DNA of 64,000 bases. It comes from an uncultured Pseudomonadota bacterium (GTDB taxonomy: Bacteria; Pseudomonadota; Gammaproteobacteria; Burkholderiales; Burkholderiaceae_C). Location: positions 3,273-67,272 of the forward strand of contig CAWFQP010000045.1 of assembly GCA_963818005.1 (NCBI GenBank), in the 5' to 3' direction. Position numbers and translations under genes: made by a program. The notes under the pieces are model-generated. The model searched no databases and was not told the origin of the DNA. It worked only from the letters and a program-made list of their open reading frames with translations. Shown here in pieces: positions 35,246 to 50,763 of the stretch. Within the stretch, counting starts at the first letter, position 1, and the number at the start of each line of letters is the position of its first letter.

Positions 35246-37072
35246 ATGCGCAAGACCGTCGATTTCCTGCTGCACGACTGGATCGGCGTCGGCCAGCTGC
35301 TGCAGCGCCCACGCTTTGCCGAACATTCACTCGAGACCTTCGCCTCGGTGCTGGACACCAGTGAACGCATCGCGCGCGACAAGTTCGCGCCCTTCAACCG
35401 GCTGAGCGACACGCAGGAGCCGAGTGTGGTGGCCGGTCCGCATGGCCAGCGCGTGGTGCTGCCCGAAGCCACCCATGCGGCGCTGGCGGCCTACGTCGAA
35501 TCGGGCATGCTGGCCGCGGCGCAGGACCACGACACCGGCGGCATGCAGTTGCCTTGCGTCATCGAGATGGCGGCCAACGCCTTCTTCCACAAGGCCAGCG
35601 TCGCCATGGCCGGCTATGCGCTGCTGACCAGCGGCAATGCCAAGCTGCTGATGGCGCACGGCACGCCGGCCCAGCGCGAGGTCTTTGCCAAGCGGCTGTT
35701 CGCCGGCCAATGGTTCGGCACCATGTGCCTGAGCGAGCCGCAGGCCGGCTCCAGCTTGAGCGACGTGGCCACGCGCGCCGTTGCCGACGGCGACGACTTC
35801 GAGGCCGACCCGCTCGGCCCTCGCTACCGGCTCAAGGGCCACAAGATGTGGATCTCGGCCGGCGAGCACGAGCTCACCGAGAACATCGTGCACCTGGTGC
35901 TGGCCAAGATCGCGCAGCCCGACGGCGTCACCGTGCCGGGCACCCGCGGCATTTCGCTTTTCATCGTGCCCAAGCAGCACGTGTCAGCCGACGGCACACT
36001 CAGCGGCGAGCGCAACGACGTGGCGCTGGCCGGGCTGAACCACAAGCTCGGCTACCGCGGCACCACCAATGCGCTGCTCAATTTCGGCGAGCGTGGCGGC
36101 GCCATTGGCTACCGCGTCGGCCAGGTCGGCGAGGGCCTGCGCTGCATGTTCCACATGATGAACGAGGCGCGCATCGGTGTCGGCCTGGGTGCGGTGATGC
36201 TCGGTTTTGCCGGCTACGAGGCCAGCCTCGACTACGCGCGCACGCGGCCGCAAGGCCGGCCGGTGGGCGTCGGCGGCAAGGACGCCACGCAGCCGCAGGT
36301 GCCGATCATCCAGCACGCCGATGTCAAACGCATGCTGCTGGCGCAGAAGAGCTATGTCGAAGGCGGTCTGGCGCTGGAGTTGTACTGCGCGCGGCTGGTC
36401 GACGAGCTGCATACCGGCGAGCCGCGTGCGGCACGCGAGGCCGGCATGCTGCTGGAGGTGCTGACGCCGATCGCCAAGAGCTGGCCCAGCGAATGGTGCC
36501 TCGAAGCCAACAGCCTGGCCATCCAGGTGCACGGCGGCTACGGCTACACCCGCGACTTCCCGGTCGAGCAGTACTGGCGCGACAACCGCCTGAACATGAT
36601 CCACGAGGGCACGCACGGCATCCAGGGCCTGGACCTGCTGGGCCGCAAGGTGCTGATGCACGACGGCGCGGCCTTCGAACTGCTGGCGGCACGCATGCAG
36701 GCCACGGTCAACGCGGCGCTGCCGCACGAGGCCCTGGCCGCGCCGGCGCGGCAGCTGCAGGCGGCGCTGCAGACGCTGCAATCGGCCACCCGCGCCGCCT
36801 GGATCAACGGCCAACCTGAAGAGGCGCTGGCCAATGCCACGCCCTACCTGCAGGCCTTCGGTCATGGGGTGCTGGCCTGGCTGTGGCTGGATCTGGCCTG
36901 CGTCTGCCGCGCCAGGCTGGCCGACGGCGCCGGCGACGAGGCCGCGCTGCGTGGCCGGCTGGCGGCGATGCGCTACTTCTACGCCTACGAGCTGCCCAGG
37001 ATCGACGCCTGGCTGCTGGCGGTGGCCGCGCGCCAGGCGGTGTGCCGCGAGATGCACGACGACTGGTTCTGA
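35246..37072 (+). CDS. acyl-CoA dehydrogenase
   Basis: TMCLSEPQAGSSL, KMWISAGEH, MMNEARIG, QVHGGYGY, IHEGTHGIQ. Confidence 0.95.
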   Translation: MRKTVDFLLHDWIGVGQLLQRPRFAEHSLETFASVLDTSERIARDKFAPFNRLSDTQEPSVVAGPHGQRVVLPEATHAALAAYVESGMLAAAQDHDTGGMQLPCVIEMAANAFFHKASVAMAGYALLTSGNAKLLMAHGTPAQREVFAKRLFAGQWFGTMCLSEPQAGSSLSDVATRAVADGDDFEADPLGPRYRLKGHKMWISAGEHELTENIVHLVLAKIAQPDGVTVPGTRGISLFIVPKQHVSADGTLSGERNDVALAGLNHKLGYRGTTNALLNFGERGGAIGYRVGQVGEGLRCMFHMMNEARIGVGLGAVMLGFAGYEASLDYARTRPQGRPVGVGGKDATQPQVPIIQHADVKRMLLAQKSYVEGGLALELYCARLVDELHTGEPRAAREAGMLLEVLTPIAKSWPSEWCLEANSLAIQVHGGYGYTRDFPVEQYWRDNRLNMIHEGTHGIQGLDLLGRKVLMHDGAAFELLAARMQATVNAALPHEALAAPARQLQAALQTLQSATRAAWINGQPEEALANATPYLQAFGHGVLAWLWLDLACVCRARLADGAGDEAALRGRLAAMRYFYAYELPRIDAWLLAVAARQAVCREMHDDWF

Positions 37073-37074
37073 GG

Positions 37075-37260
37075 ATGAGCAACGCCACCATCGACAAGCT
37101 GGTCTGGGTGCTGATCTACGCCGGCATGTTCATCGCCGGGCTGGGCATCTGGGCCATGGAGCACCGGCCGGCGGTCGGCTGGACCGTGCTGCTGGCCGGT
37201 GGCGCGATGATCGTGCTGGCCGCCCTGCTGATCTGGGTGCGCTCGCGGCGCCGCGGATGA
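37075..37260 (+). CDS. small two-TM membrane protein
   Basis: MSNATIDKLVWVLIYAG...LIWVRSRRRG, 61 aa, fills the gap within the operon. Confidence 0.65.
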   Translation: MSNATIDKLVWVLIYAGMFIAGLGIWAMEHRPAVGWTVLLAGGAMIVLAALLIWVRSRRRG

Positions 37261-37292
37261 CCCTTCACCTTCCAGTCTTCGAAAGACACGCC

Positions 37293-38084
37293 ATGAGCAC
37301 ACCCGTGCAGAAGCTCTTCGACCTGAGCGGCAGAACCGCCGTCATCACCGGCGGCTCGCGCGGCCTGGGGCTGCAGATCGCCGAAAGCCTGGGCGAGGCC
37401 GGCGCGCGCATTCTGCTCAGCTCGCGCAAGGCGGCCGACCTGGAAGACGCCGCCGCCCATCTGAAGGCCAAGGGCATCGACGTGCGCTGGGTGGCGGCCG
37501 ATGCCAGCGACCCGCAGCAGATCCAGAAGGTCTGCGACGAGGCCATGAAGCAGCTGGGCCAGGTCGACATCCTGGTCAACAACGCCGGTGCCACCTGGGG
37601 CGCGCCGGCCGAGGACTATCCGCTGCAAGCCTGGGACAAGGTGATGAACCTGAACATCCGCAGCATCTTCCTGATGAGCCAGGCGGTGGGCAAGGCGAGC
37701 ATGATCCCGCGCCGCCACGGCCGCATCATCAACATCGCGTCGATCGCCGGCCTGGGCGGCTCGGCCGATGTCAAGTTCATCGCCTACGGCACCAGCAAGG
37801 GCGCGGTGGTCAACTTCACGCGCACGCTGGCCGGCGAGTGGGGCGGCTACGGCATCACGGTCAATGCGCTGGCGCCGGGCTTCTTCCCGAGCAAGATGAC
37901 CCAGGGCGTGCTCGCCGAGTTCGGCACCGACAAGCTGGCTGCGCAGGCGCCGCTCAAGCGCATCGGCGACGACGACGACCTGAAGGGCGCGGCGCTGCTC
38001 TTTGCCTCGGCCGCCGGCAAGCACATCACCGGGCAGATCCTGGCGGTGGATGGCGGCGTCAGCTGCGTGCACGGCGGCGGCTGA
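37293..38084 (+). CDS. SDR oxidoreductase (gluconate 5-dehydrogenase-like)
   Basis: TGGSRGLG, NNAG, YGTSK. Confidence 0.92.
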   Translation: MSTPVQKLFDLSGRTAVITGGSRGLGLQIAESLGEAGARILLSSRKAADLEDAAAHLKAKGIDVRWVAADASDPQQIQKVCDEAMKQLGQVDILVNNAGATWGAPAEDYPLQAWDKVMNLNIRSIFLMSQAVGKASMIPRRHGRIINIASIAGLGGSADVKFIAYGTSKGAVVNFTRTLAGEWGGYGITVNALAPGFFPSKMTQGVLAEFGTDKLAAQAPLKRIGDDDDLKGAALLFASAAGKHITGQILAVDGGVSCVHGGG

Positions 38085-38549
38085 TGGCGGCTCAAGCTAT
38101 GCAGTTCGCGCGCCACATTCCCTTCATCCACCTGCTCGGCGCGGAACTGCTGCGCTTCGAGGAGGGCGAGAGCGAGATCGCGATCGACATCCGCGACGAG
38201 CTCAACAACTCCTGGCACGTGGCCCATGGCGGCGTGGTGATGACGCTGCTCGACGTGGCCATGGCGCACGCCACGCGCGTGCCGCGCAAGGCCGAGGAAG
38301 GCCCCGATCCGCGCGGCGTGGTCACCATCGAGATGAAGACCACCTTCATGCGCCCGGCCCAGGGCCGGATCCGCTGCGTCGGCAAGCTGCTGCACCGCAG
38401 TGCCGCACTGGCCTTCTGCGAGGGCACGGTGTTCGACGCGGCCGGCGAGCGCTGGCCCATGCCACCGGCACCTTCAAGTTCCTCTCCGGGCTGCCGGCGG
38501 GCGGCCGGCGCATCCAGTCCGACGCTTCAGACGCAGCTCCGCACCCTGA
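38084..38549 (+). CDS. PaaI family thioesterase (frameshifted 3' end, end approximate)
   Basis: NSWHVAHGGVVMTLLDVAM, TIEMKTTFMRP, HATGTFK. Confidence 0.78.
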
Positions 38550-38563
38550 GGGCACGCGCACCG

Positions 38564-39598
<1,035 letters not shown>

Positions 39599-39606
39599 GC
39601 GGCGGC

Positions 39607-40054
39607 ATGCACTGGACCTGGACGCGCTTCGACGATCTGGGCGTCGCAGACCTGTACGACATCCTGGCGCTGCGCTGCCGCGTGTTCGTCCTGGAGCAGG
39701 GCCCGTACCTCGACCCGGACGGGCTCGACCGCACAGCTGGCACCTGCTCGGCCGCGACGACAGCGGGCGTGCTGCAGGCCTACCTGCGCGTCGTCGACCC
39801 GGGCATCAAGTACGCCGAGCCGTCGATCGGCCGCGTCATCACCGCGCCCGAGGTGCGCGGCAGCGGGCTCGGCCGCACGCTGATGCGCGAGGGCCTGGCG
39901 CGCTGCGCCGCGCAGTGGCCGGGGCAGCGGCATCCGCATCAGCGCGCAGGCGCAGCTGCGCGCTTCTACGCCGGCCTGGGCTTCGACGCCGTCGGCGACG
40001 AATACCTCGAGGACGACATCCCGCACCTGCGAGATGCTGAGGAGGCCGTCATGA
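39607..40054 (+). CDS. GNAT acetyltransferase, ElaA-like (frameshifts)
   Basis: LYDILALRCRVFVLEQ, SIGRVIT, RGSGLG, YLEDDIPH. Confidence 0.8.
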
Positions 40055-41727
40055 GCATCACCCACGAAGTCACCAACCAGACCACGCCGCTGGCCGACGT
40101 CGAACCTGTTCGCGCTGAACCGGCCGCTGCAGGACGCGCTGGCCTGGCACCACCCCGGGCTTCGACCGTGCGCGCTTCGACGCACTGGGCGCCGAGGCCG
40201 GCAGCGCCGAGATGCAGGCGCATGCGCGGCTGGCCAACCACCATGCGCCGGTGCTGCACACGCACGACCGCTTCGGCCACCGCATCGACCAGGTCGAGTT
40301 CCACCCCAGCTACCACGCGCTGCTGGGCAGCGGCGCTGCGCCACGGCCTGCACGGCACGCCGTGGACCGAGGGCGCGGGCGGGCACATCGAGCGCGCCGC
40401 GGCCTTCATGCTCTTCACCGAGGCCGAACCTTCGGTGCTGTGCCCGGTGTCGATGAGCTATGCGGTGACGCCGGCGCTGCGCGCCAAGCCGGCGCTGTTC
40501 CGGCGACTGGCGGCCCAGGCTGGCGAGCACGTCCTACGACGCGCGCTTCGTGCCCTTCGCGCAGAAGACGGCCGTCACCATGGGCATGGGCATGACCGAG
40601 AAGCAGGGCGGCTCGGACGTGCGCGCCAACACCACGCGCGCCGAGTTCGACGGCGATGACGCCTGGGGCCGGCGCTACCGCGTCACCGGCCACAAGTGGT
40701 TCATGTCGGCGCCGATGTGCGACGCCTTCCTGGTGCTGGCGCAGACCGGCAGCGGGCCTGAGTTGCTTGTTCCTGCCGCGGCTGCTGCCCGACGGCAGCG
40801 TCAACGCGCATCCGCATCCAGCGGCTGAAGCACAAGCTCGGCAACCATGCCAATGCCAGCTCCGAGGTCGAGTTCGAGGGCGCCACGGCCTGGCTGGTCG
40901 GCGACGAAGGCCGCGGCGTGCCGCAGATCCTGGCGATGGGCGCGATCACGCGGCTCGACTGCGCGCTGGGCACCGCCGGGCTGATGCGCCAGGCGCTGTC
41001 GATCGCGCTGCACCACACGGCGCAGCGCCAGGCCTTCGGCAAGCGGCTGATCGAGCAGCCGCTGATGAAGAACGTGCTCGCCGACCTGGCGCTGGAAAGC
41101 GAGGCCGCCACCGCGCTGGCGCATGCGCCTGGCGCGTGCGGTGGACCGCACCGAACGGCAGCGACGGCCACGAGGCCGAGCGGCAATGACGGCCACGAGG
41201 CCGTCATGCGCCGGCTGCTCACGCCGGTGGCCAAGTTCTGGGTCTGCAAGCGCGGCAGCCACTTCGCGCAGGAGGCGATGGAATGCCTGGGCGGCAACGG
41301 CTACGTCGAAGAGCAGGGCGAGGGCGTGATGGCGCGCATCTACCGCGAGATGCCGCTCAACTCCATCTGGGAAGGCGCCGGCAACATCATGGCGCTGGAC
41401 CTGCTGCGCGCGCTGCGCTCCAAGGACGTGGCCGCGGCGCTGGAGCACGAGATCGCCCCGGCGCGCGGCGCACACGCGGCGCTCGACCGCGCTGCCGAAC
41501 GGGTGCTGGCCGGCATCGACAGCCCTGGCCGACGAGGCGCAGGCGCGCCGCCTGGCGCGCGACATCGCCGCTGCTGCTGCAGGCCGCGCTGCTGCAGCGC
41601 AGCAGTCGCCGGCCGTGTTCTCGGCCTTCTGCAGCTCGCGCCTGGACGCGGCGGCCGACGTCTTCGGCCTGCTGCCGGCCGGCACCGACCTCGACGCGAT
41701 CCTGCAGCGCGCGATGCCCTCGCCTGA
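40051..41727 (+). CDS. aidB: AidB-like acyl-CoA dehydrogenase (many frameshifts)
   Basis: THEVTNQ, VEFHPSYH, CPVSMSYA, MGMTEKQGGSDVRANTT, KFWVCKR, NSIWEGAGN. Confidence 0.8.
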
Positions 41728-41736
41728 AAGCAACCG

Positions 41737-42670
41737 ATGAACGACCTGATCCTGCACCACTACCCGATGTCGCCCTTCGCCGAGAAGGTGCGGCTGATGC
41801 TGGGCTTCAAGCAACTGGCGTGGCGCTCGGTGCTGATCCCGCCGGTGATGCCCAAGCCGGACGTGGTGGCGCTGACCGGCGGCTACCGCAAGACGCCGAT
41901 CCTGCAGATCGGCGCCGACGTCTACTGCGACACCGCGCTGATCGCCCGCGTGCTCGAAGCGCGCCAGCCGCAGCCGACGCTGTACCCGGCCGATCGCACC
42001 GCTGGCCGTGCCGCTGGCGCAGTGGGCCGACGGCATGCTGTTCGGCGCTGCGGTCAGCTGGGCGATGCAGCCGGCGGGCGTGGCCGCGATCCTGGGCACG
42101 CAGCCGCCCGAGGTGCTGAAGGCCTTTGCCGCCGACCGCGCCGCGATCCGCGCCGACATGCACCGCGGCCGACGCTGGCCGATGCCACCGCGCAGCTGAA
42201 GCAGCATCTGTCGGCCATCGCCGCGCAGTTGCAGCAGGGCGGGCCCTGGTTGTTCGGCGCGGCGCCGAGCATCGCCGACTTCTCGGTCGGCGCACTGCCT
42301 GTGGTTCATCCGCCTGGCGCGGCCGGTGGCCGACCTGCTGGACGACTATCCGCCGATCGGTCCCTGGCTCGACCGGCTGTTCGCCATCGGTCATCACCGC
42401 GCCACCCCGCTGAGCAGCGCCGAGGCGCTGGCCGTGCGCCGCCGGGCGCCACCACGCACGCGCCGGCGCTCGTCGAACCCGGCCAGGGCTTCGAAGCCGG
42501 CCAGGCCGTCACCGTGGCCGCCACCGACTACGGCATCGACCCGGTGGCCGGCACGCTGGTGGGCCTGAGCCGCGACGAGGTCGGTGCTGCGCCGCACCGA
42601 CGAGCGCGCCGGCACGGTGCACGTGCACTTCCCGCGCTTCGGTTTCCAGCTCAAGGCAGACAAGACATGA
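41737..42670 (+). CDS. glutathione S-transferase family protein (frameshifts)
   Basis: LHHYPMSPFAEK, LTGGYRKTPILQIGADVYCDT, PSIADF, VHFPRFG. Confidence 0.82.
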
Positions 42671-43573
42671 AGCAGTTCAGGGGCCGCACCGCCGTCATCA
42701 CCGGCGCCGCCTCGGGCTTCGGCCTGGAGGCCAGCCGCATCGCCGCGCGCGAGGGCATGAACGTCGTCATGGCCGACGTGCAGGCCGACGCGCTGGACCG
42801 TGCGGCCGCCGAGATCGCCGCGCGCTCGGCGCGCCGGTGCTGCCGTTCCGGCTCGACGTCTCGAAGGCGGCCGAGGTCGAGGCGCTGGCCGCGGCCACGC
42901 TGCAGCGCTTCGGCGCGCCGCACTTCGTCTTCAACAACGCCGGCGTCGGCGCCGGCGGCCTGATCTGGGAGAACACGCTGCAGGACTGGGAATGGGTGCT
43001 CGGCGTCAACCTGATGGGCGTGGCGCACGGCGTGCGCGTCTTCACGCCGATGATGCTGGCCGCCGCGCAGCCGACCCGGCCTACGACGGCCACATCGTCA
43101 ACACCGCCAGCATGGCCGGGCTGCTGAACCCGCCGAACATGGGCGTCTACAACGTCAGCAAGCATGCGGTGGTGTCGCTCAGCGAGACGCTGTACCAGGA
43201 CCTGCGCGCTGGTCACCGAGCAGGTGCACGCGCCTCGTGCTGTGCCCGTTCTTCGTGCCCACCGGCATCCACCGCAGCGAGCGCAACCGCCCGGCCGACC
43301 TGCCGGCCACGAAGCCGACGACGCAGCCAGCTGATCGGCCAGGCGATGAGCGACAAGGCGGTGAGCAGCGGCAAGGTGACGGCGGCGCAGGTGGCGCAGT
43401 TCGTGTTCGACGCGCTGCGCGAGCACCGCTTCTACATCTACAGCCACCCGCAAGGCGCTGGCCACGGTGCAGACGCGGCTGGAAGACGTGGTGCAGGCCG
43501 CGCAACCCGACCGACCCGTTCGCGCACAAGCCGGAGATCGGCGCCAGCTGCGTGCGGCGCTGCGCGCACGTAG
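42667..43573 (+). CDS. SDR oxidoreductase (frameshifts)
   Basis: TGAASGFG, FNNAGV, NTASMAG, YNVSKHAVV. Confidence 0.82.
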
Positions 43574-43602
43574 CACCTGTCGAGGCCGCGCCGCAGCGCG
43601 GC

Positions 43603-44909
43603 ATGGCCGCTGTCCTTGAAGGTGGATCGATCGTGAATGTGGCAGGGCCCGCGGTGGTCGTCGGCGGTGGACCGGCCGGTCTGATGGCGGCCGAACGGCT
43701 GGCCGTCGCCGGCGCCCAGGTCCACGTGTACGACGCCATGCCGCTCGGCCGGGCGCAAGTTCCTGCTGGCCGGCAAGGGCGGGCTGAACCTGACGCATGC
43801 CGAGGCCTTCGAACCCTTCGTCACCCGCTACGGCATACGCCGCGAGCCGGTCGAAGCGCTGTTGCAGCGACTTCAGCGCCGACAACAGTTGCGTGACTGG
43901 GCGGCGGGCCTGGGCATCGACACCTTCGTCGGCAGTTCCGGCCGGGTGTTCCCCAAGGACATGAAGGCTGCGCCGCTGCTGCGCGCCTGGCTGCACCGGC
44001 TGCGCGGGCAGGGTGTGCAGTTCCACATGCGGCATCGTTGCCTGGGTCTTGCCGACCTCGCGAATGGCGCGTTGGCGCTGCGATTCGACACGCCGCAAGG
44101 CGAGGCTGTGGTGCCGGCGGGGGTGGTGGTGCTGGCGTTGGGCGGCGGCAGCTGGTCGCGGCTCGGATCCGATGGCGCCTGGGTGCCGTGGCTGCGCTCG
44201 CGCGGCGTTGCGGTGGCGCCGCTGCGGCCGTCGAATTGCGGCTTCGAGGTGGCAGGAGCCGCGCACCGCGGTGCCGTGGGCTGGAGCGAACATTTCAGCT
44301 CGCGCTGTGCCGGCCGGGCGCTCAAGTCGGTGGCCGTCGTACTGCCTGGTGCTGCAGGCGAGGCCTGGCGCCAGCTCGGCGAATTCGTGATCACCCGCTA
44401 CGGCGTGGAGGGCAGCTTGGTCTATGCCGCGTCGGCGCGCTTGCGCGAGGCCATCGATGCGGGGGGCAGCGTCACGATCCATCTGGACCTTCTCCCGGCG
44501 CGCAGCCTGGACTGGGTCCGGGCCGAGCTGGCGCATCCGCGCGGCAGCCGTTCGCTGTCCACGCACCTGAAGACCCGGCTTGCTTCTATCGGGCGTGAAG
44601 GCCGCGCTGCTGCACGAACTGCTGGACAAGTCGGCGCTGGCCGATGCGCCACGGCTGGCTGCGATGATCAAGTCGCTGCCGCTGGTGCTGACGGCCGCGC
44701 GGCCCATCGACGAGGCCATCAGCAGCGCCGGCGGCGTGCGCTTCGAGGCGCTGGATGCCGGCCTGATGCTTCAGGCGGCGCCGGGTGTGTTCTGCGCCGG
44801 CGAGATGCTGGATTGGGAGGCGCCGACGGGCGGCTACCTGCTCAGCGCCTGCTTTGCCAGCGGCGTGGTCGCGGGCGACGGCGCGCGCAACTGGCTGGCG
44901 CGGCATTGA
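43603..44909 (+). CDS. HI0933/TIGR03862-type flavoprotein (frameshifts; start uncertain)
   Basis: [50 protein letters not shown]. Confidence 0.85.
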
Positions 44910-45060
44910 GTGCAGGCGGCATGCTGCGGGTGCTGTCGCCGCGGTTGCTGCTGGGGCGGACGCTCCTGATCGTCGATGCACACGAACTGCAGCGCAGTGC
45001 GCCGGCCAGCACCCAGCCCCGGCGCACAGCGGGCGCGACCCTCCAGCGCGCTGAGCGGCG

Positions 45061-47164
45061 CTACAGGGCCATCGCGCGCGTGCCCTGGAACAGCGATTCG
45101 CTGAACTGGATCGAACGCGGGCCATCGTCCGAAATGGCCCACAGGCCCACTGCCCTGGCCGACATCGGCTTGGCGAAGAGAAACCCCTGCAGTTCGTCGC
45201 AGCCCAGCTCGCGCAGGATCTGGTACTGCTCCTCGGTTTCCACGCCTTCGGCCACCACCTTCAGATTCAGGGCCTGCGCCAGCTGCACCACTGCGCCGGC
45301 GATCTTTCGCGCCTCTTCGCTGGTGGCCAAGTCGAGCACGAAACTGCGGTCGATCTTCAGTTCGGTGGCCGGCAGCTTGCGCAGGTACGCCAAGCTGGAG
45401 TAGCCCGAGCCGAAGTCGTCGATCGAAATGTGCACGCCTACGGCGTCCAGGTCGCTGAAGATGCGCGCCGTCGCCTCGGTGTCGTCCATCGCCACCGATT
45501 CAGTGATTTCGCAGGTCAGCAGATCGGGGTTGATCTGGTGTCTCGTGAGCGCGGCGGAAATGTGCTGCGGCAGATCGTGCTGGCGCAGCTGGTGAGCCGA
45601 CAGGTTGATGGACACGCGCATGCGCAGCCCCTGGTCGCGCCAGACCCTTGCCTGGCGGCAGGCCTCGTCGATGACCCAGGCGCCGAGCGCGTCGATCAGG
45701 CCGCTGCGTTCGGCCACGGGAATGAAGATGTTCGGGCTGATCGTGCCGCGTTGCGGATGGTGCCAGCGCAACAGCGCCTCCACGCCGGTGATCTGCGCCG
45801 TCGGCGCGTGGATCTTCGGCTGGTAGAAGAGTTCGAACTGGGAGCGGCTCAGCGCCAGGCGCAGGTCGCGCAGCAGCTCGGCCTGCCCGCGTGCATCGAC
45901 CACCATGCGCGCGTCGAAGACCGAGTAGGTCGCACCACCGGCGCTCTTGGCGGCGCGCATGGCCACGCCGGCATTGGCGATCAGCGCGGACATCGAGCCA
46001 TGCTGCGGATAGAACGCCAAGCCTATGGAACAGCCCGTGCTCAGCTCGCGGCCGTCCAGCTTGACCGGCTGTGACACCGAATCGATGACCTGTGCCGCCA
46101 GCGGCAGGCCCTGTTGGGTCGAGGCTTCGCCGTGCAGCAGCATCAGGAATTCATCGCCGCCCAGACGGGCTACGCAATGGGGCTTGGCCAGTGCGCGCAG
46201 CCGCTGCGCGACGCGCCGCAGCACCCGGTCGCCGAACTGGTGGCCAAAGGCCTCGTTGATGTGCTTGAACCCGTCCAGCGCGATCACCAGCAAGACCACC
46301 TGTGACTGCTGCCCGTCGGCCACCTGTTGGGCCTGCGCCAGTGCGCCTTCGAAGCTGATGCGGTTCGGCAGGCCGGTCAGGTCGTCGCGATGGGCATGCG
46401 CCTGCATTTCGCTGCGTGCCTTCATCAGCTGATTGCGCAGTCGCGCCTCGATCGCACACACCAGCAGCATCAGCAGCAACAGTTCGGTGCCTCCGATGGA
46501 GGCGAGCATCGCCATCGTGCCGGATGCAATGGCGATCCTGCGCGGCGGGTCCGCCCGGGGCGGACACGCCGAGCGCAGCGAGCGCGAGCCAATGCGCAAC
46601 AAGGACGCCGCAGCCGATGATCAGCGCCGACACGCCAAGGCGTTGCGGGCCGGCCGAGGCCTCGCTCGGTGACCGCGTGGCGTGCAAGCCCCAGCCGAAG
46701 CCGCTGCTCGCGGCCAACCAGGCCAGGATCAGCAGGCCGTGGTTCCAGCCAACAGCCAAGGTCTGCGCGGCCGCGCTCAGCATCAGGATCTGGGTGGCCA
46801 GCGCGCCGGCACCCAAGGTCGCAGCACCCAGCAGCGCACGCACGCGTGAGGCTCCCGGCGAGAGTGACCAGCCCAGCCCCGGCGAGACCAGCACAAGGGT
46901 TGCCAGCAACGCGGCACTCGCCAGCCCTGGATCGAAGCCGACTTCCGGGCGAATCAGCGGCTCTGCCACGCTCAACACCGCGGCAGACCACAGACCGGTG
47001 GACAGCGCCACGACCGCGGCCAACAGCCAGGGCCGGTGCCCCGTGGCACTGCGATGGCGCACACGCTGGCCCATGTCGACGCTCACGTAGGCGCCCAGCA
47101 GCAGCACCAACAGATACATCACGCTCGGCACGGCGGAATGGGCCAGACTGACGGACAGATCCAT
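45061..47164 (-). CDS. membrane sensor (MHYT-like)-GGDEF-EAL protein (frameshift ~46540)
   Basis: Multi-TM N-terminus; DDLTGLPNR, RLGGDEF; EALLRW, EITE, DDFGSGYSS, AEGVE, QGF. Confidence 0.88.
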
Positions 47165-47407
47165 GCGCCGGTCAGCGGACAAGTCCCACACCAGCCCGAA
47201 GCAGGCCCGCGGCTACCGATGGATACAGCACCATCCGCGAGCTATCGGCCGAGCCATTCGAGCCTTTAGGTCTCGATCGGCAATCCGTGCACGGGGATTG
47301 CGGAGCGGGCCGCTGCCGCGACATTTGCACGGCGCGACGGCAGGCCCGGTCATGGCACACTGCGCCGCTTTGCATCAGCCGCCGCCCCATTGCGGGGCAT
47401 GTGAATC

Positions 47408-49740
<2,333 letters not shown>

Positions 49741-49752
<12 letters not shown>

Positions 49753-50103
49753 GAAGTCCTCGGGCCGCAGCTCGATCGGCTGGCCGTGCGGCGTGCGGTC
49801 GGCCGCGTGGTCCCAGGCCTCGCGATAGCGTGCCAGTTCGTCGGCCGAACTGGCGCCCTTGGCGGCGACCAGCGCCTCCAGCGCCGCCAGCCAGTGCCGG
49901 TAGTAGGTGTCGCCCAGGTCGGCATCGCCGGCGGCCTGCGCGGCCGCGATCTGCCTCGACAGCGTGTCGGCCCATTCCGGCCAGCTGAACAGGCCGCGCT
50001 GGTGCAGCGCCAGCGCCATCGCGAAAGCCTGCGCCTGCCAGGGTTCGGCGAACACCGGTTCGCCGCACTCCTGCGGCATGCCGGGCAACAGCAGGGCACT
50101 CAT
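49741..50103 (-). CDS. nitrile hydratase accessory (activator, P14K-like) protein
   Basis: [30 protein letters not shown]; third gene of the NHase operon. Confidence 0.88.
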
Positions 50104-50763
50104 GCTGCCGGCTCCAGGTAGCTTTCCCAGGCGTCGAGCGCGACGCTGGTGCCGGATGCCGCGTCCGCGCCCCACAGCGCCGTGCCGCTGAAGGCCACGC
50201 GGTACAGCCACTGCGGCTGCTCGCCCAGGCCTTGGGCATGGGTGTCGGCGAAGACATGCGCGCCTTGCACGCTCTCGATCACGCCTTGTTTGCCATGGGC
50301 ATAACCGGGCAGCCGGGTGTGGTGGGCCACATGCGCGCTGCGCGTGCGCACCCGGTCGCCGACCTGGAAGCGGCGCCGGCGCGATGCTCGGGCGTTCGGT
50401 GGGCGAGCCCTTGGCCAGCGCTGTCGCCACCTCGGCCGCGATCAGCACGCGTTGGACCGGCTTGGGTGGATGCAGCGCACGGCCTGCCGCCAGCTCGTCG
50501 GGCAGCGCCAGCTGGCGTTCGGCCAGCAGCTTTTCCAGCGCAGCGATCCAGATCTGGTAGTAGCTGAGGCGCGCATAGTCGGGCAAGGTCTCGCGGGCGG
50601 AACGGCTGGTGTCGATGTTCCAGCTGCCGGTGGCGCCCATCGCCAGCGTCACCGCCAGCGCGCGCGGTTCCCAACCCGCATGGAACAGTTCGCCTTCGGG
50701 CTCGGGCTGTACGCGTTCGGCATTCGCTTGTCCGCCGAGGTCGGCATGGCTGAAGTAGCTCAT
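50100..50763 (-). CDS. nthB: nitrile hydratase beta subunit (frameshift ~50372)
   Basis: [39 protein letters not shown]. Confidence 0.9.
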
